Shown: positions 50,512-63,580, counted from the first letter of the whole stretch. The stretch is 63,747 nt of DNA, filler included, from Chiloscyllium plagiosum (GCF_004010195.1; 4 parts of one record of this genome joined end to end with filler, not necessarily neighbours in it), one strand, 5' to 3'. Made by a program: numbers and translations. Notes: generated by a model from the sequence alone, not told the origin.

Positions 50512-51270
50512 CAAGGTAGTTAGGATAGTGAAGAAGGCGTTTTGTATGCTTTCCTTTATTGGTCAGAGCATTGAGTACAGGAGTTGGGAGGTCATGTTGC
50601 AGCTGTACAGGACATTGGTTCGGCCACTGTTGGAATATTGCGTGCAATTCTGGTCTCCTTCCTATCGGAAAGATGTTGTGAAACTTGAAAGGGTTCAGAA
50701 AAGATTTACAAGGATGTTGCCAGNNNNNNNNNNNNNNNNNNNNNNNNNNNNNNNNNNNNNNNNNNNNNNNNNNNNNNNNNNNNNNNNNNNNNNNNNNNNN
50801 NNNNNNNNNNNNNNNNNNNNNNNNNNNNNNNNNNNNNNNNNNNNNNNNNNNNNNNNNNNNNNNNNNNNNNNNNNNNNNNNNNNNNNNNNNNNNNNNNNNN
50901 NNNNNNNNNNNNNNNNNNNNNNNNNNNNNNNNNNNNNNNNNNNNNNNNNNNNNNNNNNNNNNNNNNNNNNNNNNNNNNNNNNNNNNNNTATAAAATCATG
51001 AGGAGCATGGATAGGGTAAATAGACAAGGTCTTTTCCATGGGGTGGGGAGTCCAGAACTAGAGGGCATAGTTTTAGAGTGAGAGAGGAATAATATAAAAG
51101 AAACCTAAGGGGCAACGTTTTCACGCAGAGGGTGGTGTGTGTGTGGAATGGGCTGCCATTGGAAGTGGTGGAGGCTGGTGCAATTGCAACATTTAAAAGG
51201 CATCTGGATGGGTATATGAATAGGAAGGGTTTGGAGGGATATGGACTGGGTGCTGGCTGGTGGGACTAGA
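50512..51270 (+). mobile_element. CR1 3' portion with N gap 50724-50988
   Basis: IEYRSWEVMLQLYRTLVRPLLEYCVQFWSP. Confidence 0.92.
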
Positions 51271-52799
51271 TGACCAAGGGCTGAGAATGGTTGAAAGGTT
51301 CCTGTGAACAAGCAAACACAAAGCAGAAACTATGTCATTCAGAAGCCAAGGCAGCTTTTCTAATGACTGTAATAAATGAAAGCTTCTCAGATCAAAGGGG
51401 ACACTGACAATTTTTATTGCTCCTGGGTTGTTTTGTTTTTTTTAAAATATTTTTTTGGGTAGCATCCTGGAGATTAATCCTTGAAAATGTTAGGAAGATT
51501 AGCAACTCAGAGATTTAGCAGGAAAGCCCCAAAACAGAAGGTAATTAGTGAGGTCCTGTGGTGAGGTTAATTATTCAGCTAGCAGGGAAAATAAGCACCA
51601 AAATGGAGCAAAACAGAAGGTACTTGCTGGTGATGTTACCCAGGCCAACATAGAGTCATGGAGATGTACAGAACAGAAACTGACCCTTTGGTCCAGCTCC
51701 ACCGTGCCTATCAGATATCCTAAATTAATTTAGTCCCATGGACTCAATTGGTGCAAGGAGCCAGGAGATGAAGTGGCCAAGGCAGCATGGCAAATTAGTT
51801 ATTGTCTTTAAACACGAATGAGCACAAAATAAAGATGGGCAGGCTGTTCATGCACTGCCCATGACATCAAATATACCTTGTCGTCAGAAGTCATAGAAGG
51901 TCTGAAAAAGAGTCACATTCGTTCAAAACGTTCAGTCTATTTCTCTTCAGGGATGCTGTCAGGGGGTTGATGAGACTGTCGAAGATTTTCTACTCTTATT
52001 TCAGGTTTCCAGCATTTGTGTATTTAGTTCTGATTTAGATTTTTGCGTCCTTGTTGCTTTCGAGTTGTTGTGCTGCTGTTCAGAATGTTTCATTAGGAAA
52101 CAGGCAACAGCACAGTGAAGCTTTTCTGAGTGGAAGCCAATATATTGCACAAGGTTCATATAAATACTGTTGATTCATTATAAACAGTAGACATGATCCT
52201 GGATAATTTGGCACAATATGTGATGTGGTTTTCAACAGTTTACAATGTGGCCTTTGTACTTGCATTCAATCAATTGCATGATGTGTTCTCATCTGTTTAT
52301 AACACTGTTATGGAGTCTGTTTCTATGCTTTTATTTAAAATTAGTTGTGTAATTCTTGTCGTACATTTTTTGTGTTCATTAAGGTAAGCAATATTAATCA
52401 TAGAAAGAGGGAGAGTTATAGTTTGGGCCCTGAGATATGGTATGACCAATTGGATAGCTTTAGCTACACTCTATTCACAATATAATCACTTCAGCTTCTG
52501 ATGAGCAAATTCTTTGTTGCATATTTTCGATAGATGTGGGTAATCCTCCTGCTTGATTTTCTTCTCTGTGTTGTGATCAGGTGACTGTCTATGCTAAGTG
52601 CCTATGTGTGATGGTCTTCTTCCTTTCCTTTGTTATGGTCCTTCAGTTGTCATTCAGCTCTCTTTCCAGTTTTCATATTCTGTTAATGAATATTTTTGGT
52701 TTTCAACTTTCAGTTCTGTGGATAGGCTTTGCATTTTCTGTTTCATTATTGTGGTCTGAATATTGTAGTCTGAATCTTCACTCAAAGTTCTGAACTCAG

Positions 52800-53100
52800 G
52801 TAACTCCTGTCACTGACTAGCCCCAGTGGCTTCCAGTGCCCCAGATTTCACTTTATGATCCTTGCCCTCACTTTCCAATTCCTTCACATCCTCATCTCAC
52901 TCAACCTTCATGACATTCTGCAGTCATTATACACTCCCGTGACTTCAGTTCAGTCCTTCCTCCCTTCTCCCGACTTTCTTGTTCCACCATTAATAGATAT
53001 TCTTAAATCCCCATCCCCTGGACGATCCCTAGCCCCCACCCTATCATCTCTATCTATACTGTTAAAACTATCCAAAGAATTACTTGATTGTCCAATATTC
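52800..53100 (+). mobile_element. Old L2 fragment
   Basis: actcctgtc..cagtggcttccagtg..atgatccttgccctcactttccaattccttc (TPV..WLPV..IL..F.SL). Confidence 0.5.
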
Positions 53101-53849
53101 AAATTGCTTCCTTCTTACTTTCCTGAATATGTATAATGTAAAACATACTGCATGTGTCGTTCTGGCAATGTTCGAGAAATGAAATTTATTAAAACAGAGC
53201 ATTACACCCCAAACACTTCAGACAGTAAATGACTCATACTATCAGTATTTAAACACTAAAGTGCCACATCATAAACTGGGTGCACAAGACAGTATGAAAT
53301 AATGGTTTTGTGCTTTGGCCAAATGTGTGTTATGGAGAGATTTTCAGTTTTAAAACAAATCTATTCTTACTGCTTGCCCAAGAGCAAATTATGATTTAAT
53401 TTTTCTCATTGTTTTTAAATAGTAGGGGCCTACTTTCCCCACATCCCTCTGTTTGCAGGCTCTGACTTTGTCACAGTGCTGTTGTAATCCCTTAAAAGTT
53501 AACCTAAAAGTAGATTTATTTCATATAGTTTGATTCATGGGGATTACCATGATACAGATGGAAACTTACAAACATACATGATGAATAGAATCAAAAAGGG
53601 TAAAGAGAATATTCAGTTAGGAACAACTTAAAGGGCAAAACAATTGAGGGATACCAGTTTTTTAATCACCGAGTCCAAAATTGGAGCTAGTAATCTCGAA
53701 TTCCTTCGCTGGGTTGGTTTGATTCAATAGCTTGAAGGTGAAAGGTTTCAGACAGCTATTGTCTACAAAAGCCTTCTAAGGATGTATATCTGAAATGAAA
53801 CTTTTGCTCTGCTATTTTCATGAAACAAAGCTTTACTTGAACCATAAAA

Positions 53850-54100
53850 CACTACAGTGCGGAAGCAGGCCATTAAGCCCATCAAGACAACACCAACCCT
53901 TTGAGCAGCATCCCACACAGACACCTATCCCTGAATTTCTGATGACCAATTCACCTAGCCTGTACATCTTTGGACTGTGGGAGGAACCTGGGGTAAACCT
54001 ATGAAGACACAGGGAGAACATGCAAACTCCAGCTTGAGGATGGAATCGAACTCAGGTCCCTGGCACTGTCAGGTTAACAGTGCTAACCACTGAGTCACCC
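53850..54100 (-). mobile_element. HE1-type V-SINE, diverged
   Basis: caattcacctagcctgtacatctttggactgtgggaggaa; ggaatcgaactc. Confidence 0.87.
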
Positions 54101-54309
54101 CTGAAGACATCATAAATTGCCTGTACCTATGTGTCTCAGATTAAGGGACATTAATATTGTTTGCAAATGCTGTAAGGACCAGCCCTCACCCCTAACACTG
54201 AATGCTTTTTCAAAACAACATTTGGGTTTAATGCTGTGGGAGTCATGTGACCAGGGCACCTGGAGGGAGAGAAACAGTTATAATTCAGGCCAAGGTTTGC
54301 ATTTCAGAT

Positions 54310-54527
54310 TGAAATAACTCCACAAAGGCCGGTATCCCATCACCAAGTCACCCTTTATTTACACGTTCATTGTATATGACACTGACCCAGCCAGCAAGTG
54401 AGCAGAATCCCTGACACTCCTGTTGATATCTGTCAGCCAGGACTCCCTGATTTTACCAGATTAACAGTCCCAGTCAGGGAGTTCCCCCTTGTTGACATAG
54501 TTCCAATCACTAAATCCCTCCCCCTCT
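54310..54527 (-). mobile_element. LTR retrotransposon 3' LTR with polypurine tract
   Basis: Minus strand: PPT agagggggaggga (54527-54515), LTR contains aataaa and ends ..gttatttCA at 54310. Confidence 0.6.
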
Positions 54528-54577
54528 AAGTCCTGGGTTTTAAGTTTGTTCTATTTCCTGTAGCATCTCCTGGGGTA

Positions 54578-54660
54578 TTTTGATTTGATCTTGATTTAAG
54601 CTTTATTGCCATGTGTACTTAAGTACAGAAGTATAGAAATACAGTGAAAAGTGTATAACG
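54578..54660 (-). mobile_element. Rex1-like LINE tail
   Basis: tttgatttgat..tttattgccatgtgtact..tacagtgaaaag. Confidence 0.55.
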
Positions 54661-55214
54661 TCACCAGATATAGCGTGATCTTAGACACAAAGGTACCTAG
54701 GTACAGAACGTAGGTACAAGTAGAACAGAGCAGCACAGTTAGAAGTAAAGCATTACTGTTGTTCTTGGTATAAGTAGAAAAATAAAGAAGTGAAGTTAAA
54801 TGTTAATGTTACAGCCCTTCATAGTACTAAGTGGAAAAATGAAGGAATGAAGGTAAAAGTTTAGCAGCCCTTCCTGTGAAGGCTTGATCTCTTCCATTTG
54901 GGCCTGCTCTCTGGGAAACCTTGCCCTTCCTGCTCTTGATGGTGCAGATGCCAGGGAAACATCCCTCATTGCCACTTCAGGTTTGCTCTGACCATGTTAG
55001 GGCAAGGCCCACAACCACTTCCATGATCTCTAGCCAGCACCACTTGGGACCCATGCTTCACATGGGTGTTAACGCCAATGCTGCCTCTCTACAGAACTCC
55101 AGAAGGTGAGTTAAAAAAAGACTAGAAGGTGAGAGGAGACAAAAAAATGAATGTGACAGGCCTGGACCGGATGGGCCTAATGTGCCAGTTCTGCCATCTT
55201 GAATAGTTGGTTCA

Positions 55215-55333
55215 TCCTCTCCTCCAACACTGCCAGGTCCCTCTCTCTCTCCCCCAACACTGCCAAGTCCCTCTCTCCCCTCCACACCGCCAGGTCTCTC
55301 ACTTTCTCTCTGCCACTCCTACACTGCCAAGTT

Positions 55334-55391
<58 letters not shown>

Positions 55392-55511
55392 GCCCCTCTC
55401 TCTGCCACATTGCCAGGTCTCTCTCTCTCCCCCAACACTGCCAAGTCCCTCTCTCCCCTCCACACCGCCAGGTCTCTCACTTTCTCTCTGCCACTCCTAC
55501 ACTGCCAAGTT

Positions 55512-55569
<58 letters not shown>

Positions 55570-55829
55570 GCCCCTCTCTCTGCCACATTGCCAGGTCTCT
55601 CTCTCTCCCCCAACACTGCAAGGTCATGCTCTCTCCCCCAACACTGCCAAGACCCTCCCTCTCCCACACACTGCCAGGTCCCTCTCTCTCTCTTTCTCCA
55701 ATACTGCCAAGTCCCTGTCTCTCGCTCTCTCTCCTCTCTCTCTCTCCTCTCTCTCTCCCCCACTCTGCCAGTCCCCATCCATCTTCCTGACACTGGCAGG
55801 ACACTCTCTCTCTCTCTCCCCTCCTTACA
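55215..55829. repeat. Compound minisatellite (CACTGCCA + CT runs) with a ~178-bp higher-order duplication
   Basis: tgccaagtccctctctcccctccacaccgccagg at 55261 and 55439. Confidence 0.9.
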
Positions 55830-55929
55830 NNNNNNNNNNNNNNNNNNNNNNNNNNNNNNNNNNNNNNNNNNNNTTAATTAATTAANNNNNNNNNNNNNNN
55901 NNNNNNNNNNNNNNNNNNNNNNNNNNNNN
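55830..55929. other. Artificial contig linker
   Basis: 44 N + TTAATTAATTAA (55874-55885) + 44 N. Confidence 0.95.
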
Positions 55930-56150
55930 TTCACGCAGAGGTGGTACGTGTATGGAATGAGCTGCCAGAGGATGTGGTGGAGGCTGGTACAATTGCAACA
56001 TTTAAGAGGTACTTGAATGGGTATATGAATAGGAAGGGATATGGGCCGGGTGCTGGCAGGTGGGACTAGATTGGGTTGGGATATCTGGTCGGTATGGATC
56101 GGTTGGACCGAAGGGTCTGTTTCCATGCTGTACATCTCTATGACTCTATG
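55930..56150 (+). mobile_element. CR1 3' end
   Basis: TQRWYVYG/QRVVRVWNELP region; tail ctctatgactctatga. Confidence 0.92.
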
Positions 56151-56386
56151 AACTGTACAGTCGCCGGAGTTTCCAGGATGAAGTCTACACTACCAGGTAC
56201 ATGCCTCATATACGTGGTTGTATTTGTAGGCATTTGTCCCCATTTTTGTCTCAGAATATTGTGAATGCACGCAATTCCAGTGGGCTGAAGTGTTAATGAA
56301 TATTCATAGCATGCTAATGAAGACACAAGGTGCTCCTGACCATCACAATCAGGAAGGCTGACCCACCTGAAGCACTCTGAGGACTT

Positions 56387-57587
56387 AGAGTCATAGAGAT
56401 GTACAGCATGGAAACAAGCCCTTCACTCCAACTCGTCCACGCCCATCAGATATTCTAAATTAATCTCGTCCCATTTGCCAGCACTTGGCCCATATCCCTC
56501 TAAACCCTTCCTATTCATATACCCATCCAGATGCCTTTTAAATGTTATCATTGTACCAGCCTCCACCACTTCCTCGCAGCACATTCCATACACGTACCAC
56601 TCTCTGTGTGAAAACCTTGCCCCTTAGGTCCCTTTTATATTTTTACCTTCTCAGCCTAAACCTATGCCCTCTAGTTCTGGAACTCTCCCATCCCAGGGAA
56701 AAGACCTTGTCTCTTTATCCTATCCATGCCCCTCATGATTTTATAAACATTTTTAAGGTCACCTCTCAGCCTCCAACGCTTCAGGGAAAACAGCCCCAGC
56801 CTGTTTAGCTTCTCCCTATAGCTCAAATCTTTCAACCTGGCAATATCCTTTCTCCCTATAGCTCAAATCTTTCAACCTGGCAATATCCTTGTAAGAGTTT
56901 TATGAACTGTTTCAATTTTCACAACATCCTTCGGGTAGGAAGAAGACCAGAATTGCAATATTCCAAAAGTGTCCTAACCAATGCCCTATACATGACCTTC
57001 AAACACCTATTCTCAATACTCTGACCAATAAAGGAAAGCATACCAAACTCCTCATTCACTGACCTATCAACCTGCGACTCTACTTTCAAGGAGCTATGAA
57101 ACTGGATTCCAAGGTCTCTTTGTTCAGCAACACTCCCTAGGACCTTACTATTAAGTGTATAAATCTTGCTCTGATTTGCTTTTCCAAAATGCAGCATCTC
57201 ACGTTTATCTAAATTAAACTTTATCTGCTACTCTTCATCCCATTGCCCATCTGATCAAGATCCTGGTGTAATCTGAAGTAACCTTCTTCGCTGTTCAGTA
57301 CACCGCCAATTTTGGTGTCATGTGCAAACTTACTAACTATACCTCTTGTGTTCACACAAATCATTTATATAAATGACAAAAAATAGTTGACCCCGCACCG
57401 ATCCTTGTGGCACACCACCGATCACAGGCCTCCAGTCTGAAAAGTGACCTTCCACAACCACCCTCTGTCTTCTACCTTTGAGCCAGTTCTGTATCCAAAT
57501 GGCTAGTTCTTCCTGTATTCCATGAAATCTAACCTTGCTAACCAGTCTCCCATGATGAACCTTGTTGAACGCCTGACTGAAGTCCAC
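56387..57587 (-). mobile_element. CR1 RT to 3' end with a 40-bp tandem duplication (56811-56890)
   Basis: DFSQAFNKVHHGRL..GVPQGSVRGQLFFVIYINDL; LHFGKANQ; tail tagagtcatagag. Confidence 0.93.
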
Positions 57588-58379
57588 TTAATCGCAAACC
57601 TTTAACCGATATCAAGAATTTGAATATTTTGCTTCCCACCCAATTAAGTTTTATTCCCATCTTTCTAAATGCTGCAGATAGGTGTGGAAATTCCACACAA
57701 GGGGAGTTTGGCTTCTCACACTGATGATGGTCAGTTGATTGAGAATTGGGTACTATTCAGTTTGGCCAAGTTAAAATGATCCCCAAGAACTGAAATGCCC
57801 ACTTACCATCGCTGCACAAGTATTTTCTTTTTCCTTGTTTTCTTATATCCTTAACCCATTTGGAGTCTAACAAAGCACCAAACAAGGATCCTATGGCTAA
57901 TCTACCAAAGTGCCCATACACTCACATAAGCATCAAAGGTGAAGATTTCCTTCCTGTGTTCCTGTGGTTTCAGCCTGACTGTCTGGTCAATGTGGAGGAC
58001 ATAATATTGAGTAAGGAGCATATAAACAGAGGCATTACAGGAAGGTTTGGGCATTTAGCATGTCAAACCTTTTCCCCAATCAAGCAGATCATGGCTGATC
58101 TCTGGACCATTTTTTACCAAATTCCCCCTATTCCTCCCTCATTGATTAAGTTTCCGTAGTGCTCAGTTATAGAGAATTCCAAAGACTCACCACTCCCGGG
58201 TGAAGAAACCCATCCTCACCTCAGTCCGAAATATCCTGGCCCTTCTCTCTCTGAGACTGAGAGAGAAGCATTCCAATCAGCCCCCTCCAATCAATGTCAG
58301 TAACAATGGATATTGTACACCAGACTTTCCATTTTCACAACCATTAGAATTCTGGATCCAAGTAGGCTTGGCATGTTAC

Positions 58380-58475
58380 TGATGAAGGGCTTTTGCTCAA
58401 AGCGCCAATTTTCTTGCTCATAGGATGCTGCCTGACATGCTGTGCTTTTCCAGCACTACTCTGATCTAAACCTCA
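58380..58475 (+). mobile_element. Degenerate Penelope short unit starting at the hammerhead core
   Basis: ctgatgaagggcttttgctcaaagcgcc; possible TSD atgttactga at 58373-58382 and 58476-58485. Confidence 0.75.
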
Positions 58476-60784
58476 ATGTTACTGACATCCTCTCTTGCTC
58501 TGCTCTGCCACAAATCTCTTTAAAGTTAAATCATCTTTTAGTTAATTGAATGTGTGGTGGTCAACTTGTTCTTTTCACATGGAAGATTGTAATTTGGGGG
58601 GAACAGAAATCTGGCCTGCATTTTCCTATCCCATATTGTTTCAGGTGCAGGGAAAATGCCAAGTCCTTAACACCAGCTGCAGAGAAAGTATCAGCAGCTT
58701 TTTGGGTGTAAGGGTGATCATGACTGTTCCTGGTCTGGTCCAGAGGTGATAACCACAAATACAAATTATGATACATACAGCAACATAATCTTTCACCTAT
58801 GATGCCCAAAGGCTTTTAGAGATCCGTGCTGTCATATTCAGCCAAATCAACTCATTCAGCACATAATGGAGATTGAATCTGAGGGGACTGCAGACTCTGA
58901 ATTGCTCTGTTACCCAAAATGGATGTTTGCATTTTCCAACAAAATCATCAAGGAGCCTGCAGTAACAATATTCATCTCAGAAACAGGTTGTTAAACAGGT
59001 TTCTAGCAATCAAAATGTAATTGTTTGAAGAATGATTGCATAGCCTCTGACTGTCAGATTCTTGAATTTCAATCTCTGACAAAATTATGGGCAAGATTTT
59101 CAACTGTAATTGATATAAATGTCTCACACCAGGCAGAAAATACTGTAACAGAGGACTATAAGGATGCATATTTTCAAAATGATAATTGAGTCATCGTGTT
59201 GGCTATGCATTTGCTTGCCAATGGATTACTGAATTCATTTCCAGGGATGAAAGTTTCCCATAACTCAGGAGTCACAATGTGTATTTCAGGACCCTGAAGG
59301 TATGCCTGGGTTGAATTTCATTTCTAGTATGTTTCAAACTGTAATTTGTTTTTTGATAAGTTGAATTTGCCAAAAGTAGGTCACTGGGTATTTCTAAAAC
59401 AAAAGTTGCAAACATGAAATGACTTTATTCTCCATGAGAGATTTGCAAGTGCTACCTTAATCAGTAAAAACCTCTCTGGTTTCCAATTTCCTTTGACAAG
59501 TGTGAGTAGAATGATGTATTCCCAATGTATATATATTGAAGTAAAAATGTGTGTTGATTGGTCTGAAATCAAGGAATACCTTGATGTTAGCCTGGGAGCA
59601 ACAGAAACTAGCATCTCTATTATCATGCTCACGCATAATAAAATTAAACTGTCACCCTATTCACTTATCCAATCAAAAAGACAGGCATGAGACCAGCTCT
59701 GATATATCTGTTATTGTTACACTTTAACTGCTGAAAGAAATTAAATTTAAAAGAGCATAGGTTCAAATTTACGTAGAAATTATGCATAGGTTGGATGTAC
59801 CGTATGTGGAAAGATTGAGATTAAGTGCAGAAGATTACCTTTCCTTGGTCCACACTTTCATGTTTTTGAATGTTTCCTGCACATAAATGCATTGGTTTAC
59901 TTGACTAATAGAGTTAAACCTGTAATCCCACAAAGTGAATATTTAACAGAGCTCACACTTCTAAAGTGGAAATTTGGTCAGAGTGGGAATTAGATTAAGA
60001 GGTAGGGAAATGCTGAGTGAATTAATTTAGGGACTATACCAAAAACAAAATGAGGGAAAACAGCAAATTCAAGAGGTATAATTGAAGGTCTTTGTCTTCT
60101 TTAATCCAAAGAAACTTAACGTGTGAAAGTTGCATGAGGATGGAATGCATTGTACAGTGTGGATGATGGGATGTGTCAGTTGCCCAGGTAAAGAATCTGG
60201 ATGGTTCCATCTGTAACAACCGGGAGTTGGTGAATTTACACAAGGATGAATCAGCAGACTTAATGAACAGCAGATTATACGTAAAACAGAGAGAGGTTAT
60301 GGTAGAAAAGTTTTCCATGATTCAATGTAATAGAATTCTATGTCAGCAGGAGAACAGATTCTCCAGTTCCTCTCAGCTGAATGGGTTAAGGATCTAGAAT
60401 GCTAGGTGCAGCAAGTAAGGAAGCAAGTACAGTATTGTCAGCCATATGGGAATGAGTTTTAAAGGGAAGAGCCTCAAGTGTAACATTTCTAAAACATTAT
60501 TTACATTTTATATAGAGAGAAGAAACAGAGTAATTATAAAAACAGATGCATATGGTTAAGGCACAAGTAGATGGAAGCTGGGATTTCAATTCCACAACTA
60601 ATAATACATCTTTTGGACAAGAGTAACTTTTGCAATGGGTTTCAGTTCAAAAATGAAAGGTAATTACTACAAGCAGGAAAAATGAAATGGTGGGGAAATG
60701 TTTGAACTAAATGCAGGGAGGGGTAGGGTAGGACGGGGGGAAGCTGTATGTGAATAATATCCTAACTGGAACACATTTGAGACA

Positions 60785-60982
60785 TAAAAGATAATCAGAG
60801 GGTTTCCTCAGATGGTGATGGTTAGCACAAGGGGACATAGCTTTAAATTGAGGGGTGATAGATATAGGACAGATGTCAGAGATAGTCTCTTAATCAGAGT
60901 AGTAGGGGTGTGGAATGCCCTGCCTGCAACAGTAGTAGACTTGCCAACTTTAAGGGCATTTAAATGGTCATTGGATAGGCAT
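60785..60982 (+). mobile_element. CR1 ORF2 C-terminal fragment
   Basis: TRGHSFKLRGDRYRTDVR..RVVGVWNALP. Confidence 0.88.
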
Positions 60983-60997
60983 TCATCACCTCAGGAG

Positions 60998-61363
60998 ATC
61001 TCCCATGGCTACCCCTTTGGTCTGGAGGAAGTGGGAGGATTCAAAGGAGAAATTGTTAAGGGTGAGGACAGTTTGGCCAAACGAATGAGAGTGTCGGTGG
61101 AAGGGTACTGTTGTGGACGTCTGGAGAGGAAAAAACGGAGGGCTTGGAGGCCCTGGTCATGGCGGATGGAGGTGTAGAGGGATTGGATATCCATGGTGAA
61201 GATGAGGCGTTGGGGGCCGGGGAAACGGAAGTCTTGGAGGAGGTGGAGGGCATGGGTGGTGTCTCGAACGTATGTGGGGAGTTCCTGGACTAGGGGGAAT
61301 AGGACAGTGCCGAGGTAGGTAGAGATGAGTTCAGTGGGGCAGGAGCATACTGAGACAATGGGT
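60998..61363 (-). mobile_element. Penelope-like element RT fragment
   Basis: PIVS..PTYVRDTTHAL..FTMDIQSLYTSI..QTKGVAMG. Confidence 0.92.
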
Positions 61364-61463
61364 NNNNNNNNNNNNNNNNNNNNNNNNNNNNNNNNNNNNN
61401 NNNNNNNTTAATTAATTAANNNNNNNNNNNNNNNNNNNNNNNNNNNNNNNNNNNNNNNNNNNN
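61364..61463. other. Artificial contig linker
   Basis: 44 N + TTAATTAATTAA (61408-61419) + 44 N. Confidence 0.95.
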
Positions 61464-61790
61464 AAGGTGAAATGAGGAAACTGTTGAAGTCCATATTGAT
61501 GCCCTGGGGTTGAAGTGTTCCGAGGTGGAAGATGAGGCGTTCTTCCTCCAGGCGTCTGGTGGTGAGGGAGCGGCGGTGAAGGAGGCCCAGGACCTCCATG
61601 TCCTCGGCAGAGTGGGAGGGGGAGTTGAAATGTTGGGCCACAGGGCGGTGTGATTGATTGGTGCGGGTGTCCCGGACATGTTCCCTAAAGCGCTCTGCTA
61701 GGAGGCGCCCAGTCTCCCCAATGTAGAGGAGACCACATCGGAAGCAACGGATACAATAAATGATATTAGTGGATGTGCAAGTAAAACTAC
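61464..61790 (-). mobile_element. Penelope-like element GIY-YIG endonuclease domain
   Basis: FTCTSTNIIYCIRCFRCGLLYIGETGRLLAERFREH..RRLEEERLIFHLGTLQPQGIN. Confidence 0.93.
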
Positions 61791-62547
61791 AATGCAAGCT
61801 TGCACACATAGGAAAATGAAATATTCAATAAACAGTGGTTCCTACTCTGGCAGGGGACAGCAGATCATTGGCCCTTTTGTGGTCTTGAGCTATCCATTGG
61901 TACAGACATGTACAGTCACCTATGTCCTGGCTGCAATTATCAGTTGGGATGGCCTCTTGCTGCCATCTCTAGGGAAAGTACATTTCCTTCTCTCCTGGAC
62001 AAGAGATTCTCCAAGGATGCATGACTCAAGTGTGGCACTGCCTTTTACCTGGCCTCTGCTATCCTCACCAGAGTAACAAACAGAGGTTGAGGATTGCAGA
62101 GATCGAAACGCTGTCTGGGTGCCTTTTAAATTTGGTGCCTAGAAAGTCCCAGGAAGGGACAGAAACTCCAGCTCATAAAATTTGTTGTTCTACGCAATGA
62201 GTTCAGAAAATCAAAATCACGCAAGAAAAGCAGGCCTGCCCTGAAGTGAAATTACCTCCCACTTTTTCCAACTTTCACACTTTAGTCTTAGAAAACTAAA
62301 TTCCCTTATGACCTTGTATCAGATGACGTTCCCGATGACCTTGTATCAAAACTGATAGAAATGCTGAAGTTTTTAAGCCTAAGAAGAAGCGAATGGTGAA
62401 AAGAAAAGATAATTTCAGATCCCCAGCATCCACAATGTTTCATTTTTGTAAACATTTTTGAATTTGATGTAAAGTTTAATGGTTAAGGAATATTCTGAAA
62501 CATTTTCAAGCCCAAGTGAAGTATTGCACGAGCACAATGTGGCCAAA

Positions 62548-63005
62548 CAGAGGGAACTATAGACTAGTGAACCTAATGTCATTGGTGGGCAGGTTGTTGG
62601 AGGGAATCCTGAGGGACAGGATGTACATGTATTTGGAAAGGCAAGGATGATTAAGGATAATCAACATGGCTTTGTGCATGGGAAATCGTGTTTCACAAAC
62701 TTGATTGAGTTTTTTGAAGAAGTAACAAAGAGGATTGATGAGGGCAGAGTGGTGGATGTGATCTATACGAACTTCAGTAAGGTGTTTGACAAAGTTCCCT
62801 CTGGGAGACTGGTTTGCAAGGTTAGATCTCATGGAATAAAGGAAGAACTAGCCATTTGGATACAGAACTGGCTCAAAGGTACAAGACAGAGGATGATGAT
62901 GGGTTGTTTTTCAGACTGGAGGCCTGTGACCAGTGGGGTGCCACAAGGATCAGTGCTCGTCCACTACTTTTAGTCATTTATATAAATGGTTTGGATGTGA
63001 GCATA
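62548..63005 (+). mobile_element. CR1 RT fragment
   Basis: NQHGFVHGKSCFTNLIEFFEEVT..FSKVFDKV..VTSGVPQGSVL. Confidence 0.93.
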
Positions 63006-63580
63006 ATTGAATTGAATTGAATTTATTGTCATGTGTACTGAGGCACAGTGAAAAGCTTTGTCTTGCGAGCAGTACAGGCAGATCACATAGATAAGTAGCT
63101 TAGATAAGTAAATTATAGGGAAACAGCAGCAAAAACAAAAACACAGGTACAGGTGAATGTTAAGAGTTTGTGAGTCCATTCAGTATTCTAACAGCAGTAG
63201 GGTAGAAATGGTATTGAAACCAGCCGGTGCATGTGTTCAGACGTCTGTACCTTTTCCCCGATGGTACAGGTTGTAGAAAAGCATTGCCAGGGTAGGATGG
63301 ACCTTTGAGAATGCTGGTGGCCTTTCCTTGACAGCGGGCCTGGTAGATGGATTCTATAGATGGGAGGTTGACCTTTGTGACTGCCCGGGCCGAGTTCACC
63401 ACTCTCTGTAACTGTCTCCGATCTTGAATGGTACGATTGTCATATCAGGTTGTGATACATCCAGACAGAATGCTCTCAATGGCGCACCTATAAAGGTTGG
63501 CAAGGGTATTCACCGTCATGCCAAATTTCCTCAGGAAGAAGAGGAAGAAGAGATGTCGTTGGGCCTTTGTAACAAGTGCT
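63006..63580 (-). mobile_element. Rex1/Babar-type LINE 3' fragment
   Basis: LPSIESIYQARCQGKATSILKGPSYPG..PSGKRYRRL..FYPTAVRILN; (CAATT)n tail. Confidence 0.87.

Noticed and set aside
55199..55885. Ser/Leu-rich and Arg/Glu-rich ORFs up to 228 aa
   Set aside because: Translations of the CT-rich minisatellite
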